A stretch of DNA of 34,786 nt from Acidimicrobiales bacterium (GCA_030037405.1 JASHRK010000233.1:1-34786); one strand, 5' to 3'; positions 23,678 to 32,717 are shown, counted from the stretch's first letter. Program-made: numbers and translations. Notes: generated by a model from the sequence alone, not told the origin.

Positions 23678-23713
23678 CCACCGAGCGTACCGCTCCAGCC
23701 CGTCCCTGTCGGC

Positions 23714-24709
23714 TTATCTCCGGCCGGTCGCGAACGGTTCGAGCAGCTGTCCAGCGAGAAACGAGAGGGGCCGCGCCCTCCGGCCCGCCTGCTCCACCGC
23801 GAGCGGCCGTCCTGCCAGGCCGGTCGGGCAGGCGGCATCGCTTGGCAACGGGAACTGGGCGCAGCGGGCGAGCACGTCCCAGAGGGTGAGGGCGATACCC
23901 AAGTTGACGGTGCGCGTCGCCTCGAGCGAGTGATGGAGACGATGGTAGGCAGGGCTAACCACCACCTTGCCGAGGAGCCCGAAGCTCCAGCGGACGTTGG
24001 CGTGCTGGAGGGTGCCGACGCACACATATGCCGTTATGAGGACGGGCACCATCGGTCGGTCGCCCATGAGCGCGACGACAGGGAGGGTTGCCAGCAGGAA
24101 GCCGGTCGTGTGCATGACCGGGTGGGCCCGGAAGGACGTGAGCACGCTCAGCTCCTCCTGGCTGTGGTGGAGGGCATGGAAGCGCCAGAGGAGCTGTAGC
24201 CGGTGGTCGGCGTAGTGTGCGACCCAGTTGGCTCCGTCCATCGCGACGAGAGCGACCGCGAGAAGGAGCCACGTAGGCAAGTGGCCTGTGAAGGAGAGCT
24301 CTATCCACCTCATGTGCTCTCCGACAAGGGTGGCGAAACCCACTCCGAGGAGGGTCATGAGAGGGACGACGGCTGCGGCGTAGAGGACGAGGAAGCAGGC
24401 ATCCTGGACATGTCCCCGGGCAAGAGCGCGACGCGGTTCGGCGGGCCAGAGGCGTTCGGAGACGAGGGTGGCGCAGACGAGAGCCGCCAAGGCCGGAGCT
24501 GCCAGCTCCGCCCTCCCCGCCGCCAGCACCCTACCGAGCTGCCCGTCGCGTAGGAGCGCCGTCACGGCCACGAACACCACCCAGCACGTGAGGGCGCCGA
24601 AAGCGAGCGCCGGCAGGTAGATCGGGTGGAGGCGGTGGCGGTGGCTGATGGACGCACGTTCTCCGTTCTGCGCAAGTTGTACTTGCGACCGTTCTACGAG
24701 ACTCGCCAT
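23714..24709 (-). CDS. Fatty acid hydroxylase / sterol desaturase family membrane di-iron enzyme
   Basis: His boxes HYADHRLQLLWRFHALHHS and AYHRLHHS, with several TM spans. Start set at ATG 24709 (MASLVERSQ), preceded by GGAGGAGG. The 61-codon upstream extension in the track (to 24892) was rejected. Confidence 0.8.
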   Translation of the reverse strand: MASLVERSQVQLAQNGERASISHRHRLHPIYLPALAFGALTCWVVFVAVTALLRDGQLGRVLAAGRAELAAPALAALVCATLVSERLWPAEPRRALARGHVQDACFLVLYAAAVVPLMTLLGVGFATLVGEHMRWIELSFTGHLPTWLLLAVALVAMDGANWVAHYADHRLQLLWRFHALHHSQEELSVLTSFRAHPVMHTTGFLLATLPVVALMGDRPMVPVLITAYVCVGTLQHANVRWSFGLLGKVVVSPAYHRLHHSLEATRTVNLGIALTLWDVLARCAQFPLPSDAACPTGLAGRPLAVEQAGRRARPLSFLAGQLLEPFATGRR

Positions 24710-24904
24710 GACGCCCTCCTCCGGCCCGGGGCAACGAGATATACGAGCCGACCCTACCGAGGGGATTGCCAGTTTTCTCTTGGCCTTCGCCTCTCGTTCA
24801 TTGCGATTTAACCTTCCCTCGCTAACCTTCGGCCGTGATCCGCCAGCTCGGCGGTCCCCCGAATCGCCTCCCGGGTGGTTCGTGACCGGCATAGGAGGTC
24901 GGAA

Positions 24905-26062
24905 GTGGCATCAAGAAAGCTTGGAGCGGTGCTGCTCGCGGGAGCGACATCTCTCGGCCTCATGGCCGTGGCGATTCCGCGCTCGGGAGCAAGCGTCGCT
25001 CACTCGTCGGTCAACTGGTCGAAGGTGACGCACCTCACGGCATCCGGTCCGACGGACTACGCCAACCTCGTGACGGCGGCGGAGAAAGAGGGCCACCTGA
25101 ACGTCATCACCCTGCCAACGAACTGGGCGAACTACGGGACGATCATGGCGGACTTCAAGAAGAAGTTCCACATCTCGATCACCGACGAGAACCCGGAGGG
25201 CTCGAGCCAGGACGAGCTGAACGCCATCGCCGCCGACAAGGGTCGCTCCGACGACCCGGACGTCCTCGACGTCGGCCAGAGCTTCGGGGTGGAGGCGGGC
25301 CATGACCACGAGCTCGCTCCCTTCAAGGTGCCGACGTGGGACGAGATCCCTGGCTCGCAGAAAGCCGCCAACGGTGACTGGTACGCCGACTACGGCGGCT
25401 TCGTCGCCATCGGCTGCGACACGAAGACCGTGAAGCACTGCCCGACCTCGTTCAAGCAGATGCTCGAGACCGGCCAGGGTTACAAGATCGGGATCAACAA
25501 CAACCCGACCGAGGCCAGCGCGGCCTTCTCGGCGGTGTTCGCGGCGGCGCTCGCCAACGGAGGGTCGTTCAGCAACATCAAGCCTGGCATCAACTATTTC
25601 GCCAAGCTCAACAAGGAGGGCAACTTCGTGGCTACGATCGCCGGGCCCTCGACGGTCGAGAGCGGGGCGACGAACATCATCATCTGGTGGGACTACCTGG
25701 AGGCGTCGGAGATCAAAGCGCTCCCCGCGTACAAGAAGACCTGGAAGATCGTCATCCCCACCGACGCCACCTACGCCGCCTACTACGCCCAGGCCATCAA
25801 CAAGGGAGCGCCGGACCCAGCGGCCGCCCGCCTCTGGGAGACCTTCCTCTACTCGACGGAAGGCCAGAACCTCTGGCTCGAGGGCTACACCCGCCCGATC
25901 GAACTCCCCTACCTCGTGGCGCACAACCTCGAGAACAAGAAGGCCTACGCGGCCCTGCCAGTCGCACCGGCGAACGTCAAGTTCCCGACCGAGGGCCAGC
26001 TGGACAAGGCCAAGCTCGTCGTGGCCCAGTACTGGCCGACCGAGGTCACTTCCGGTCCCTAG
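24905..26062 (+). CDS. ABC transporter substrate-binding protein (family 1, PotD/Fbp-like; substrate unknown)
   Basis: GTG 24905 preceded by AGGAGG (24893-24898, 6-nt spacing). Signal peptide VASRKLGAVLLAGATSLGLMAVAIP. The mature part reads HLNVITLPTNWANYGTIMADFKKKF...WYADYGGFVAIGCD. Confidence 0.82.
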   Translation: MASRKLGAVLLAGATSLGLMAVAIPRSGASVAHSSVNWSKVTHLTASGPTDYANLVTAAEKEGHLNVITLPTNWANYGTIMADFKKKFHISITDENPEGSSQDELNAIAADKGRSDDPDVLDVGQSFGVEAGHDHELAPFKVPTWDEIPGSQKAANGDWYADYGGFVAIGCDTKTVKHCPTSFKQMLETGQGYKIGINNNPTEASAAFSAVFAAALANGGSFSNIKPGINYFAKLNKEGNFVATIAGPSTVESGATNIIIWWDYLEASEIKALPAYKKTWKIVIPTDATYAAYYAQAINKGAPDPAAARLWETFLYSTEGQNLWLEGYTRPIELPYLVAHNLENKKAYAALPVAPANVKFPTEGQLDKAKLVVAQYWPTEVTSGP

Positions 26063-26071
26063 CATGCCTTC

Positions 26072-27022
26072 GTGGCGTCGGATATGACAGTTAGCGAAGC
26101 GGCCGTCTCCGGTCCGGGAGCGCACTCCTCCACCTGGACCGGAGACGGTGGCGCGACCGAAGTCCGGGCGAGACGGCTCCGCCGGGCTGTAAGGCCGACG
26201 CTCGCGATGGCGCCGTTCGCCATCTACACGATCCTCGGCCTCGGGGTGCCGACGGCAGCCGTCATCGAGCTCGCCTTCCGGAGCAACTCGGGGAAGGTGA
26301 CTCTGGCCAACGTGCGCACCGTCACCCACGGCGTCTACCGGCTCGGCTTCGAGAACAGCCTCCTCATATCGGTGATCTCCTCCGTCATCCCCGGGATCCT
26401 CGGGCTCGTCCTCGCCTACGCGATATACACCTCTCGGGGCAGCTTGCTCAAGCGGGTCGTGGCGGCGGCATCGGGGGTGCTCGCCAACTTCGGCGGCATC
26501 AACCTGACGTTCATGTTCATCGCCACGCTCGGCACGACAGGCGTGCTCACCGCGTGGATGAGCGTCGTCGGCCTGAATCCCTGGAACCACGGCTTCAACC
26601 TCTACTCCTTCTACGGCGTCGCCGTCGTCTACCTCTACTTCCAGATCCCGCTCATGGTGCTCGTCATCACGCCGGCGCTCGGCGGCCTCCGCCCGGCATG
26701 GCGAGAGGCCGCCGAGAACCTGGGCGCTTCGAGCTTCCGCTACTGGCGCACCGTCGGCCTGCCGGTCCTCCTCCCGTCGATGCTCGGAGGCATGCTGCTC
26801 CTCTTCGGCAGCGCCTTTGCCGCCTACGCGACCGCCGAGACGCTCACGGCGGGAACCGTCACCCTCACGCCGATCCAGATCGGTGACGTCCTCAACGGCA
26901 ACCTCATCTCGGGAGAGCAGAACGTCGGCTACGCGCTCGGCTTCGGCATGCTGATCGTGCTCGCCGTCGTGATGGTGCTCTACATACTCGTGAGGAGGAG
27001 GGCGTCGAGATGGCTTCGCTAG
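26072..27022 (+). CDS. ABC transporter permease (binding-protein-dependent, EAA loop)
   Basis: 316 aa with EAA motif WREAAENLGASSFRYWRTVGLP and 6 TM. ATG 26084 is an alternative start. Confidence 0.85.
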   Translation: MASDMTVSEAAVSGPGAHSSTWTGDGGATEVRARRLRRAVRPTLAMAPFAIYTILGLGVPTAAVIELAFRSNSGKVTLANVRTVTHGVYRLGFENSLLISVISSVIPGILGLVLAYAIYTSRGSLLKRVVAAASGVLANFGGINLTFMFIATLGTTGVLTAWMSVVGLNPWNHGFNLYSFYGVAVVYLYFQIPLMVLVITPALGGLRPAWREAAENLGASSFRYWRTVGLPVLLPSMLGGMLLLFGSAFAAYATAETLTAGTVTLTPIQIGDVLNGNLISGEQNVGYALGFGMLIVLAVVMVLYILVRRRASRWLR

Positions 27023-27864
27023 TCGCCGACATCGCTGCCGAGGACGTCCTCGCGGCGCCCGACATCCCCTGTGTGAGACGCCGTCGCCTCCTTACGAGGT
27101 TCCGCTACTGGCGAGGGATCGTCCTTCTCATCGCCGCCGCCTATTTCCTCATACCGCTCTATGCCGGCCTCAGGTTCTCCTTCCAGAACGACTACGGTCA
27201 TTGGTCGCTCTATGCCGTCAAGGCCCTCCCGGCTCAGACGGGCTTCGGGGCGGCCTTCTTCCTCTCGCTCCGCCTGGGGGCGGTCACGCTCGGGCTCGTG
27301 CTCGTGCTGATGGTCCCGACCGCCATCTACGTCCACCTGAAGCTGCCCCGAGTGCGGCGCCTCATGGACTTCGTGACGATACTTCCCATCGTCATCCCAC
27401 CGATCGTCCTCATCCTCGGGATACTGCACGCCGCCCCCCTGTGGTTGCGGGCCTCTCCCTACCTCCTCAGCCTGGCGTACGTCATCCTCTCCTACCCCTT
27501 CGTGTACCGCTCGCTCGACGCCGGGCTCTCTGCCATCGACCTGCGGACGCTCGTGGAGGCGTCACGCTCCCTCGGCGGGAGCTTCGTGCGCACCCTCTTG
27601 CACGTCCTCATCCCCAATTTGAGATCGGCCCTCGTGTCGGCGACCGTGCTCACGCTCGCCCTCGTCCTCGGCGAGTTCACGATGGCCCAGCTCGACCTCT
27701 GGACCACGCTCCCCGTCTGGATCTACCAGTTCCAGCAGGACGACGCCCACGTCGCGACCGCCGCCGCCATGCTCACCCTCGTCGGCACGTGGCTGCTCCT
27801 TACGGTGATCGTCCTTCTCGACCGCTCGCAGTCTCGCCGCGCCGTGCGACAGGGACTACGTTGA
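27010..27864 (+). CDS. ABC transporter permease, second subunit
   Basis: 284 aa with EAA motif LVEASRSLGGSFVRTLLHVLIP. Overlaps the previous gene by 13 nt. GAGGAGGAGG lies 8 nt upstream. Confidence 0.85.
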   Translation: MASLVADIAAEDVLAAPDIPCVRRRRLLTRFRYWRGIVLLIAAAYFLIPLYAGLRFSFQNDYGHWSLYAVKALPAQTGFGAAFFLSLRLGAVTLGLVLVLMVPTAIYVHLKLPRVRRLMDFVTILPIVIPPIVLILGILHAAPLWLRASPYLLSLAYVILSYPFVYRSLDAGLSAIDLRTLVEASRSLGGSFVRTLLHVLIPNLRSALVSATVLTLALVLGEFTMAQLDLWTTLPVWIYQFQQDDAHVATAAAMLTLVGTWLLLTVIVLLDRSQSRRAVRQGLR

Positions 27865-27887
27865 CGGAGCCAGGCAAGGAGCTTCTC

Positions 27888-29009
27888 TTGGTCGACAATC
27901 CGGTGGTGCGCAACCCGGGCGAAGGGGCGCGGGTGAAGCTGGACGGTCTCGTCCGGATGTTCGGTCACACGCGGGCCCTCGACGGTTTCTCCATCTCCAT
28001 CGAGCCCGGTGAGTTCGTCGCCCTCCTCGGCCCTTCCGGCTGCGGCAAGACGACGGCACTCAGGGTGCTGGCAGGCTTCGAGTCGCTCGATTCCGGCTCT
28101 GTCGTCGTCGACGGCAAGGACCTCTCGCAGGTGCGCGCGCAGAAACGGGACATGGGTATGGTCTTCCAGAGCTATTCGCTCTTCCCCAACATGAACGCCC
28201 TCAACAACGTTGCCTACGGCCTGCGCATGCGCCGCCAACGTCCCGGTCCTCGCAAGGCGAAGGCCTCTCAGCTGCTCGAGCTCGTCGGCCTCGCCGACCA
28301 GGCTTCCAAGTACCCTCACCAGATGTCGGGGGGCCAGCAGCAGCGGGTCGCCCTCGCGAGAGCTCTTGCCGTCGAGCCCCGCGTCCTCCTCTTGGACGAG
28401 CCTCTCTCCGCCCTCGACGCCAAGGTCCGTGCCGAGCTGCGCGACGAGATCCGGGCGCTGCAGACGCGGCTCGCCATCACGACCGTGTTCGTCACCCACG
28501 ACCAGGAAGAGGCCCTCTCGATGGCGGACCGAGTGTGCGTCATGTCGGCCGGCCGCAATGTCCAGACGGCCACTCCGGTGACTCTTTACGAGCGGCCGGC
28601 CACGGCCTTCGTGGCCGAGTTCGTCGGTGTCTCGAGCAGGCTGCCCGTGGAGCGCATCGGTGACGAGATCGTCGTCTTCGGCGAGCGCTGCGCCGTCCGG
28701 GGCGCCGAGCAGGCGATCTCGAGCGGGACGCTCGACGCCTTGCTCCGGCCGGAGGACGTCGCCATCGAGGTCGACCCGAGCGCCAAGGAGTTCGTCACCC
28801 ATCGCAACTTCCTCGGTGCCTCGACCCGTCTCATCGTCCAGGTAGGCGAGATCTCGATCCGCGTGGACGTGCGCAGCGACCTCGCCGCCGAGCTCGAGCC
28901 CGGCACCCGCGTGCGTCCCAAGGTCGTCTCCCGGGACGTCCTCGTGGCGCCACGGATGAACGTCTCGGTCGCCGACGTGAGCGCCAACGGCCACCCGGCC
29001 CACGTCTGA
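27888..29009 (+). CDS. ABC transporter ATP-binding protein (PotA/FbpC/UgpC-like with C-terminal TOBE-type domain)
   Basis: Walker A GPSGCGKTT, signature MSGGQQQRVALARAL, Walker B LLLDEP. Start placed at TTG 27888, 6 nt after AAGGAG (27876-27881). TTG 27861 (TTGA overlap) and GTG 27903 are alternatives. It is the 3' part of the artefactual ORF 27201-29009. Confidence 0.88.
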   Translation: MVDNPVVRNPGEGARVKLDGLVRMFGHTRALDGFSISIEPGEFVALLGPSGCGKTTALRVLAGFESLDSGSVVVDGKDLSQVRAQKRDMGMVFQSYSLFPNMNALNNVAYGLRMRRQRPGPRKAKASQLLELVGLADQASKYPHQMSGGQQQRVALARALAVEPRVLLLDEPLSALDAKVRAELRDEIRALQTRLAITTVFVTHDQEEALSMADRVCVMSAGRNVQTATPVTLYERPATAFVAEFVGVSSRLPVERIGDEIVVFGERCAVRGAEQAISSGTLDALLRPEDVAIEVDPSAKEFVTHRNFLGASTRLIVQVGEISIRVDVRSDLAAELEPGTRVRPKVVSRDVLVAPRMNVSVADVSANGHPAHV

Positions 29010-29021
29010 GCCCGACAGGGG

Positions 29022-29038
29022 GCCGGGGTCAGCCCGGC
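29022..29038 (+). terminator. Weak candidate terminator hairpin after the ABC ATPase gene
   Basis: GCCGGG-gtcag-CCCGGC, 13 nt after the stop. No U-tract follows. Confidence 0.25.
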
Positions 29039-29112
29039 GACGTCATCGAAGGTTCACGAGATCGCCAGCCCTCGCTCACCGAACGGCAACGTCACCTTCT
29101 TGTGGCGGCGCG

Positions 29113-30396
29113 ATGCTCACTCGCATGATCCAAGGACTCTCCCGACGCTCCCGCCGGCTGATGATCCGGACGATCACCGCCCTCCTCGTGGCCGGGGCCG
29201 GGCTCGTCTTGGCCGGCTCCACCGCGAGGGCATCGAACTCGACGAGCACTCTGACCGTGGGGCCGTCGACGGTCGGAAACGGCGCCAACGTGACCTTCAC
29301 GTACTCGACGCCTGCTGCGACGGCGAGCTCGACGAACTGGATCGGCATCTACGAGCCAGGGCAGGTGCCCGGGCAGGTCGCCTCCACGACCTGGCAGTAC
29401 ACGTCTGGGACTTCCGGAACCGCCACCTTCTCCACGACAGCCCTCGACGGGGTTGGTGAGTACCAGGCGTACTACCTCTACGACAACGGCTACCAGGTGC
29501 TCGCCGGGCCGATCGACTTCACGGTCGTCGGCGAGCCCCCCGCTCCTGCTCCCCAATTCCTGCAGGCCCTCTCGCCCTCCGGGCCGGCCGCTCTCGACGA
29601 TCCCTTCGGGGTCGCGGTCGACCCGGAGGGCGACGTCTGGGTGGCCGATACGGGCAACAACCGCCTGGAAGAGCTGGCGCCGGACGGACGGGTACTGGCC
29701 GTCATCGGCGAAGGCATGCTCGACCACCCAGAGGGGATCGCCGTCAGCGCCGCCGGCGACGTCTGGGTGGCCGACACCGGCAACAACCGTGTCGTCGAGC
29801 TCTCGCCCCACGGTGCCCTCTTGCAGGTGGTCGGCACTCCCGGGTCCGGCAACGGCGAGCTCGACTCCCCGACTGCCATCGCGCTTTCCTCCGGCGGCGA
29901 CATCTACGTAGCCGACCAGGGCAACAACCGTGTCGAGGAGTTCTCTCCTGCCGGGACGTACCTCTCGTCGATCTCGGTCGCGACTCCCGACGGCGTCGCC
30001 TTCGACGCCTCGGGCGACTTGTGGGTGTCGAGCCCGAGCTACGCGGAGGGCAACGGCGTCTACGAGTTTGCGCCGGACGGCAGCCCCATCACGTCCTTCG
30101 GGCAGACGCAGGCGAGCTTCGGGGCACTGTCGAACACGGCAGGCATCGCCATCGGCAGCGGCGGCCTCGTCTACGTGGTGCAGCAGGACTACGGCTTCGT
30201 CACGGTGTTCAACCCGTCCGGCACCTTCGACACCGAGTTCGGCCTCCAGTCCTCGCCCGCAGCCGCAAGCGAGGACCTCGAATCGCCCCAAGGAATAGCC
30301 ATCGGCTCCGACGGTGACATCTGGGTCGCCGACAGCGGCAACAACCGCGTCGTCGAGTACGCACCGCCGACCTCCTCGAGCGAGGTGACGCAATGA
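29113..30396 (+). CDS. Secreted six-bladed NHL-repeat beta-propeller protein with an N-terminal beta-sandwich-like domain
   Basis: 427 aa with an Arg-rich signal (SRRSRRLMIRTITALLVAGAGLVLAGSTARA). Six NHL blades, for example GVAVDPEGDVWVADTGNNRLEEL, GIAVSAAGDVWVADTGNNRVVEL, AIALSSGGDIYVADQGNNRVEEF and GIAIGSDGDIWVADSGNNRVVEY. Confidence 0.85.
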   Translation: MLTRMIQGLSRRSRRLMIRTITALLVAGAGLVLAGSTARASNSTSTLTVGPSTVGNGANVTFTYSTPAATASSTNWIGIYEPGQVPGQVASTTWQYTSGTSGTATFSTTALDGVGEYQAYYLYDNGYQVLAGPIDFTVVGEPPAPAPQFLQALSPSGPAALDDPFGVAVDPEGDVWVADTGNNRLEELAPDGRVLAVIGEGMLDHPEGIAVSAAGDVWVADTGNNRVVELSPHGALLQVVGTPGSGNGELDSPTAIALSSGGDIYVADQGNNRVEEFSPAGTYLSSISVATPDGVAFDASGDLWVSSPSYAEGNGVYEFAPDGSPITSFGQTQASFGALSNTAGIAIGSGGLVYVVQQDYGFVTVFNPSGTFDTEFGLQSSPAAASEDLESPQGIAIGSDGDIWVADSGNNRVVEYAPPTSSSEVTQ

Positions 30397-31916
30397 CAGC
30401 TCCCCGACCCCAGCCAGCAGGCTCTGCGGAGCCGGCCCGTCTACAGCCGGCAGGTCCTCCGCGACGAACCAGCCCGGTGATCAGCCGACGGCGCCTCCTC
30501 GGGGGGACGGCGGCCGTCGCCGGAGCCGCCCTCGTCGGGTCGATCCTTCCCGGCAGCCTGCGACGAGCGGCCGCGAGGACGCTCGCTTACCCCACGCGCT
30601 CGAGCCTCTCGGATATACAGCACATCGTGATCTTGATGCAGGAGAACCGCAGTTTCGATCACTACTTCGGCACGTTCCCGGGCGTCCGCGGGTTCACCGA
30701 CCCGACGGCGATCACGTTGCCGGACGGCAACTCGGTCTTTTACCAACCCGATCCCAGCCACGCCGACGGTTACCTCCTTCCCTTCCACTACGACACGAAG
30801 ACGACCTCGGCGCAGGCGACCCCCGGCACCGACCACACGTGGCCGACCCAGCATGAGGCATGGGACGGCGGGAAGATGGACGGCTGGGTGGCGGCGAAGG
30901 GCCCCTTCACGATGGGTTATTTCGAAGAAGAGGACATCCCCTTCCAGCGGGCGCTCGCAAGTGCCTTCACCATCTGCGACAACTACCACTGCAGCGTCCT
31001 CGGGCCCACGAACCCGAACCGGCTCTACATGTGGACCGGCTGGATCGATCCCAACGGCACAGCTGGCGGGCCGATCATCGACAACACCCCGGCGTTCAAC
31101 AACGTCATCCTCCACTGGACCACTTATCCCGAGCTGCTGGAGCAAGCCGGCATCAGCTGGCAGATCTACCAGGAGGAGGACAACTACGACGACAACGCCC
31201 TTGCCTGGTTCACGCAGTTCGCGGACGCCCCGACGTCGTCGTCGCTGTGGCAGCGGGGAATGCTCAAGCAGCCGGCCGGTGCCTTCGAGTACGCCGCTCG
31301 CAACGACCAGTTGCCGCAGGTCTCGTGGATCGTCGCCCCCACTGCTCAAACGGAGCATCCCGACTACTTCCCCGCCGCTGGCGCCGAGTACGTGGCTCAG
31401 AAGCTCGAGGCGATCGCCTCGAACCCGGACGTCTTCGCGAAGACTCTCTTCATCCTCACCTACGACGAGAACGACGGGATGTTCGACCACGTCCCTCCCC
31501 CGACGCCGCCGGCCGGCACTCCAGACGAGTTCGTCACTCTCACGTCTCCCGGTGGGACGCCAGGAGACGGGTTGCCCATCGGCCTCGGGTTCCGCGTGCC
31601 GTGCATCCTCGTGTCGCCGTGGACCGTCGGGGGCTACGTCTATTCCGACGTGCTCGACCACACCTCGCTCATCCGCATCCTCGAGACACGCTTCGGCGTC
31701 ACCGAGCCGAACATCAGTGCATGGCGGCGCCAGACATGCGGAGACTTCACCGGAGCGCTCAACCTCTCCGGGCAGCTCTCGAGCTGGCCGGACGATCCCG
31801 CCATACAGCTGCCGGCGACCGACGCGGAGCTGCTGACGGCGCAGCTCGAGGTCGACTACAACCCGCAACCGACGATCCCAGTCGTAAACGAGCCTTTCCC
31901 GCCCCAGACCGTCTGA
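30393..31916 (+). CDS. Phospholipase C / phosphoesterase family protein (mycobacterial PlcA-D / PlcN type), Tat signal
   Basis: Twin-arginine signal ISRRRLLGGTAAVAGAAL. Also DIQHIVILMQENRSFDHYFGTFPGVRGF, TICDNYHCS, LPQVSWIVAP...EHP, ILTYDENDGMFDHVPPP and GLGFRVPCILVSPW. The start is ambiguous: ATG 30393 (ATGA overlap, GAGGTGA 4 nt upstream) or GTG 30477 (favoured by the GC3 profile). Confidence 0.88.
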   Translation: MTAPRPQPAGSAEPARLQPAGPPRRTSPVISRRRLLGGTAAVAGAALVGSILPGSLRRAAARTLAYPTRSSLSDIQHIVILMQENRSFDHYFGTFPGVRGFTDPTAITLPDGNSVFYQPDPSHADGYLLPFHYDTKTTSAQATPGTDHTWPTQHEAWDGGKMDGWVAAKGPFTMGYFEEEDIPFQRALASAFTICDNYHCSVLGPTNPNRLYMWTGWIDPNGTAGGPIIDNTPAFNNVILHWTTYPELLEQAGISWQIYQEEDNYDDNALAWFTQFADAPTSSSLWQRGMLKQPAGAFEYAARNDQLPQVSWIVAPTAQTEHPDYFPAAGAEYVAQKLEAIASNPDVFAKTLFILTYDENDGMFDHVPPPTPPAGTPDEFVTLTSPGGTPGDGLPIGLGFRVPCILVSPWTVGGYVYSDVLDHTSLIRILETRFGVTEPNISAWRRQTCGDFTGALNLSGQLSSWPDDPAIQLPATDAELLTAQLEVDYNPQPTIPVVNEPFPPQTV

Positions 31917-31979
31917 CCCGGCCTCGTGGCCTGCGCCCGCGCCCGTGGCAACGCTACTAGGGTGAGCTCGGTGCCAGGC

Positions 31980-32717
31980 ATGACCGAAGATGAGAGGGCC
32001 CGCTTCGCGAGCTCCGGAAGGGGTCGACGCCGGCGCCCCCGGGGCCATGTCCGGTCGGGGGTCCTGGCGTTGCTCAGCGAGGAGCCGATGCACGGCTACC
32101 AGATGATCCAGGAGCTCTCGCGACGCTCCGGCGGCCGCTGGAACCCGACCGCCGCCTCGGTGTACCCGACCTTGCAGATGCTCGAGGACGAAGGGCTCGT
32201 CACCACCCGGCAGTCACCGGAGGGAAAGCGCCTCTTCGAGCTCACCGATGCCGGCCGGGAAGAAGCGGCACGTGTTGCGGTCGCGAGCCCTCGGCTGCCC
32301 TGGGAGCCGGCCCACGCCGAGCCGGCCGAGCCCACGCGCGACCTCTTCGTGGCGATCGGGGACACGGCACGCGTCCTCCTCGGGGCGGCCGCCATGGCCG
32401 ACGACGGGCAACGAGCGCGGATCGTGGAGCTGCTGAACGAGCTTCGCGACGATCTCGGCGCCATCGTGCCGCAAGCAGCAACCAGCGAGCCGCTCAAGGG
32501 ATGGGGCCGCGGGCCGCGGCTACGGTTCGGCGTGCCCGGCTTCTCCTTCGACATCCCGGAGTGGATCTTCGGGCCCGGACGAGGCGCCTCACCCTCGGGC
32601 TCCTGGCCCGCGGGTGCTCGGAGCCCTGGAGGAAGTTCGGGCTTCCCCGACCGGGAGGAGTGGGACGACCCGGAAGCCGGGGGCTGGGACGAGGACGAAG
32701 AAGACGACGAGGTCTAG
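31980..32717 (+). CDS. PadR family transcriptional regulator with extended acidic C-terminus
   Basis: VLALLSEEPMHGYQMIQELSRRSGGRWNPTAASVYPTLQMLEDEGLV is the canonical PadR winged helix. The start is uncertain: ATG 31980 chosen, with in-frame GTGs at 31926, 31962 and 31971 possible. Confidence 0.82.
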   Translation: MTEDERARFASSGRGRRRRPRGHVRSGVLALLSEEPMHGYQMIQELSRRSGGRWNPTAASVYPTLQMLEDEGLVTTRQSPEGKRLFELTDAGREEAARVAVASPRLPWEPAHAEPAEPTRDLFVAIGDTARVLLGAAAMADDGQRARIVELLNELRDDLGAIVPQAATSEPLKGWGRGPRLRFGVPGFSFDIPEWIFGPGRGASPSGSWPAGARSPGGSSGFPDREEWDDPEAGGWDEDEEDDEV

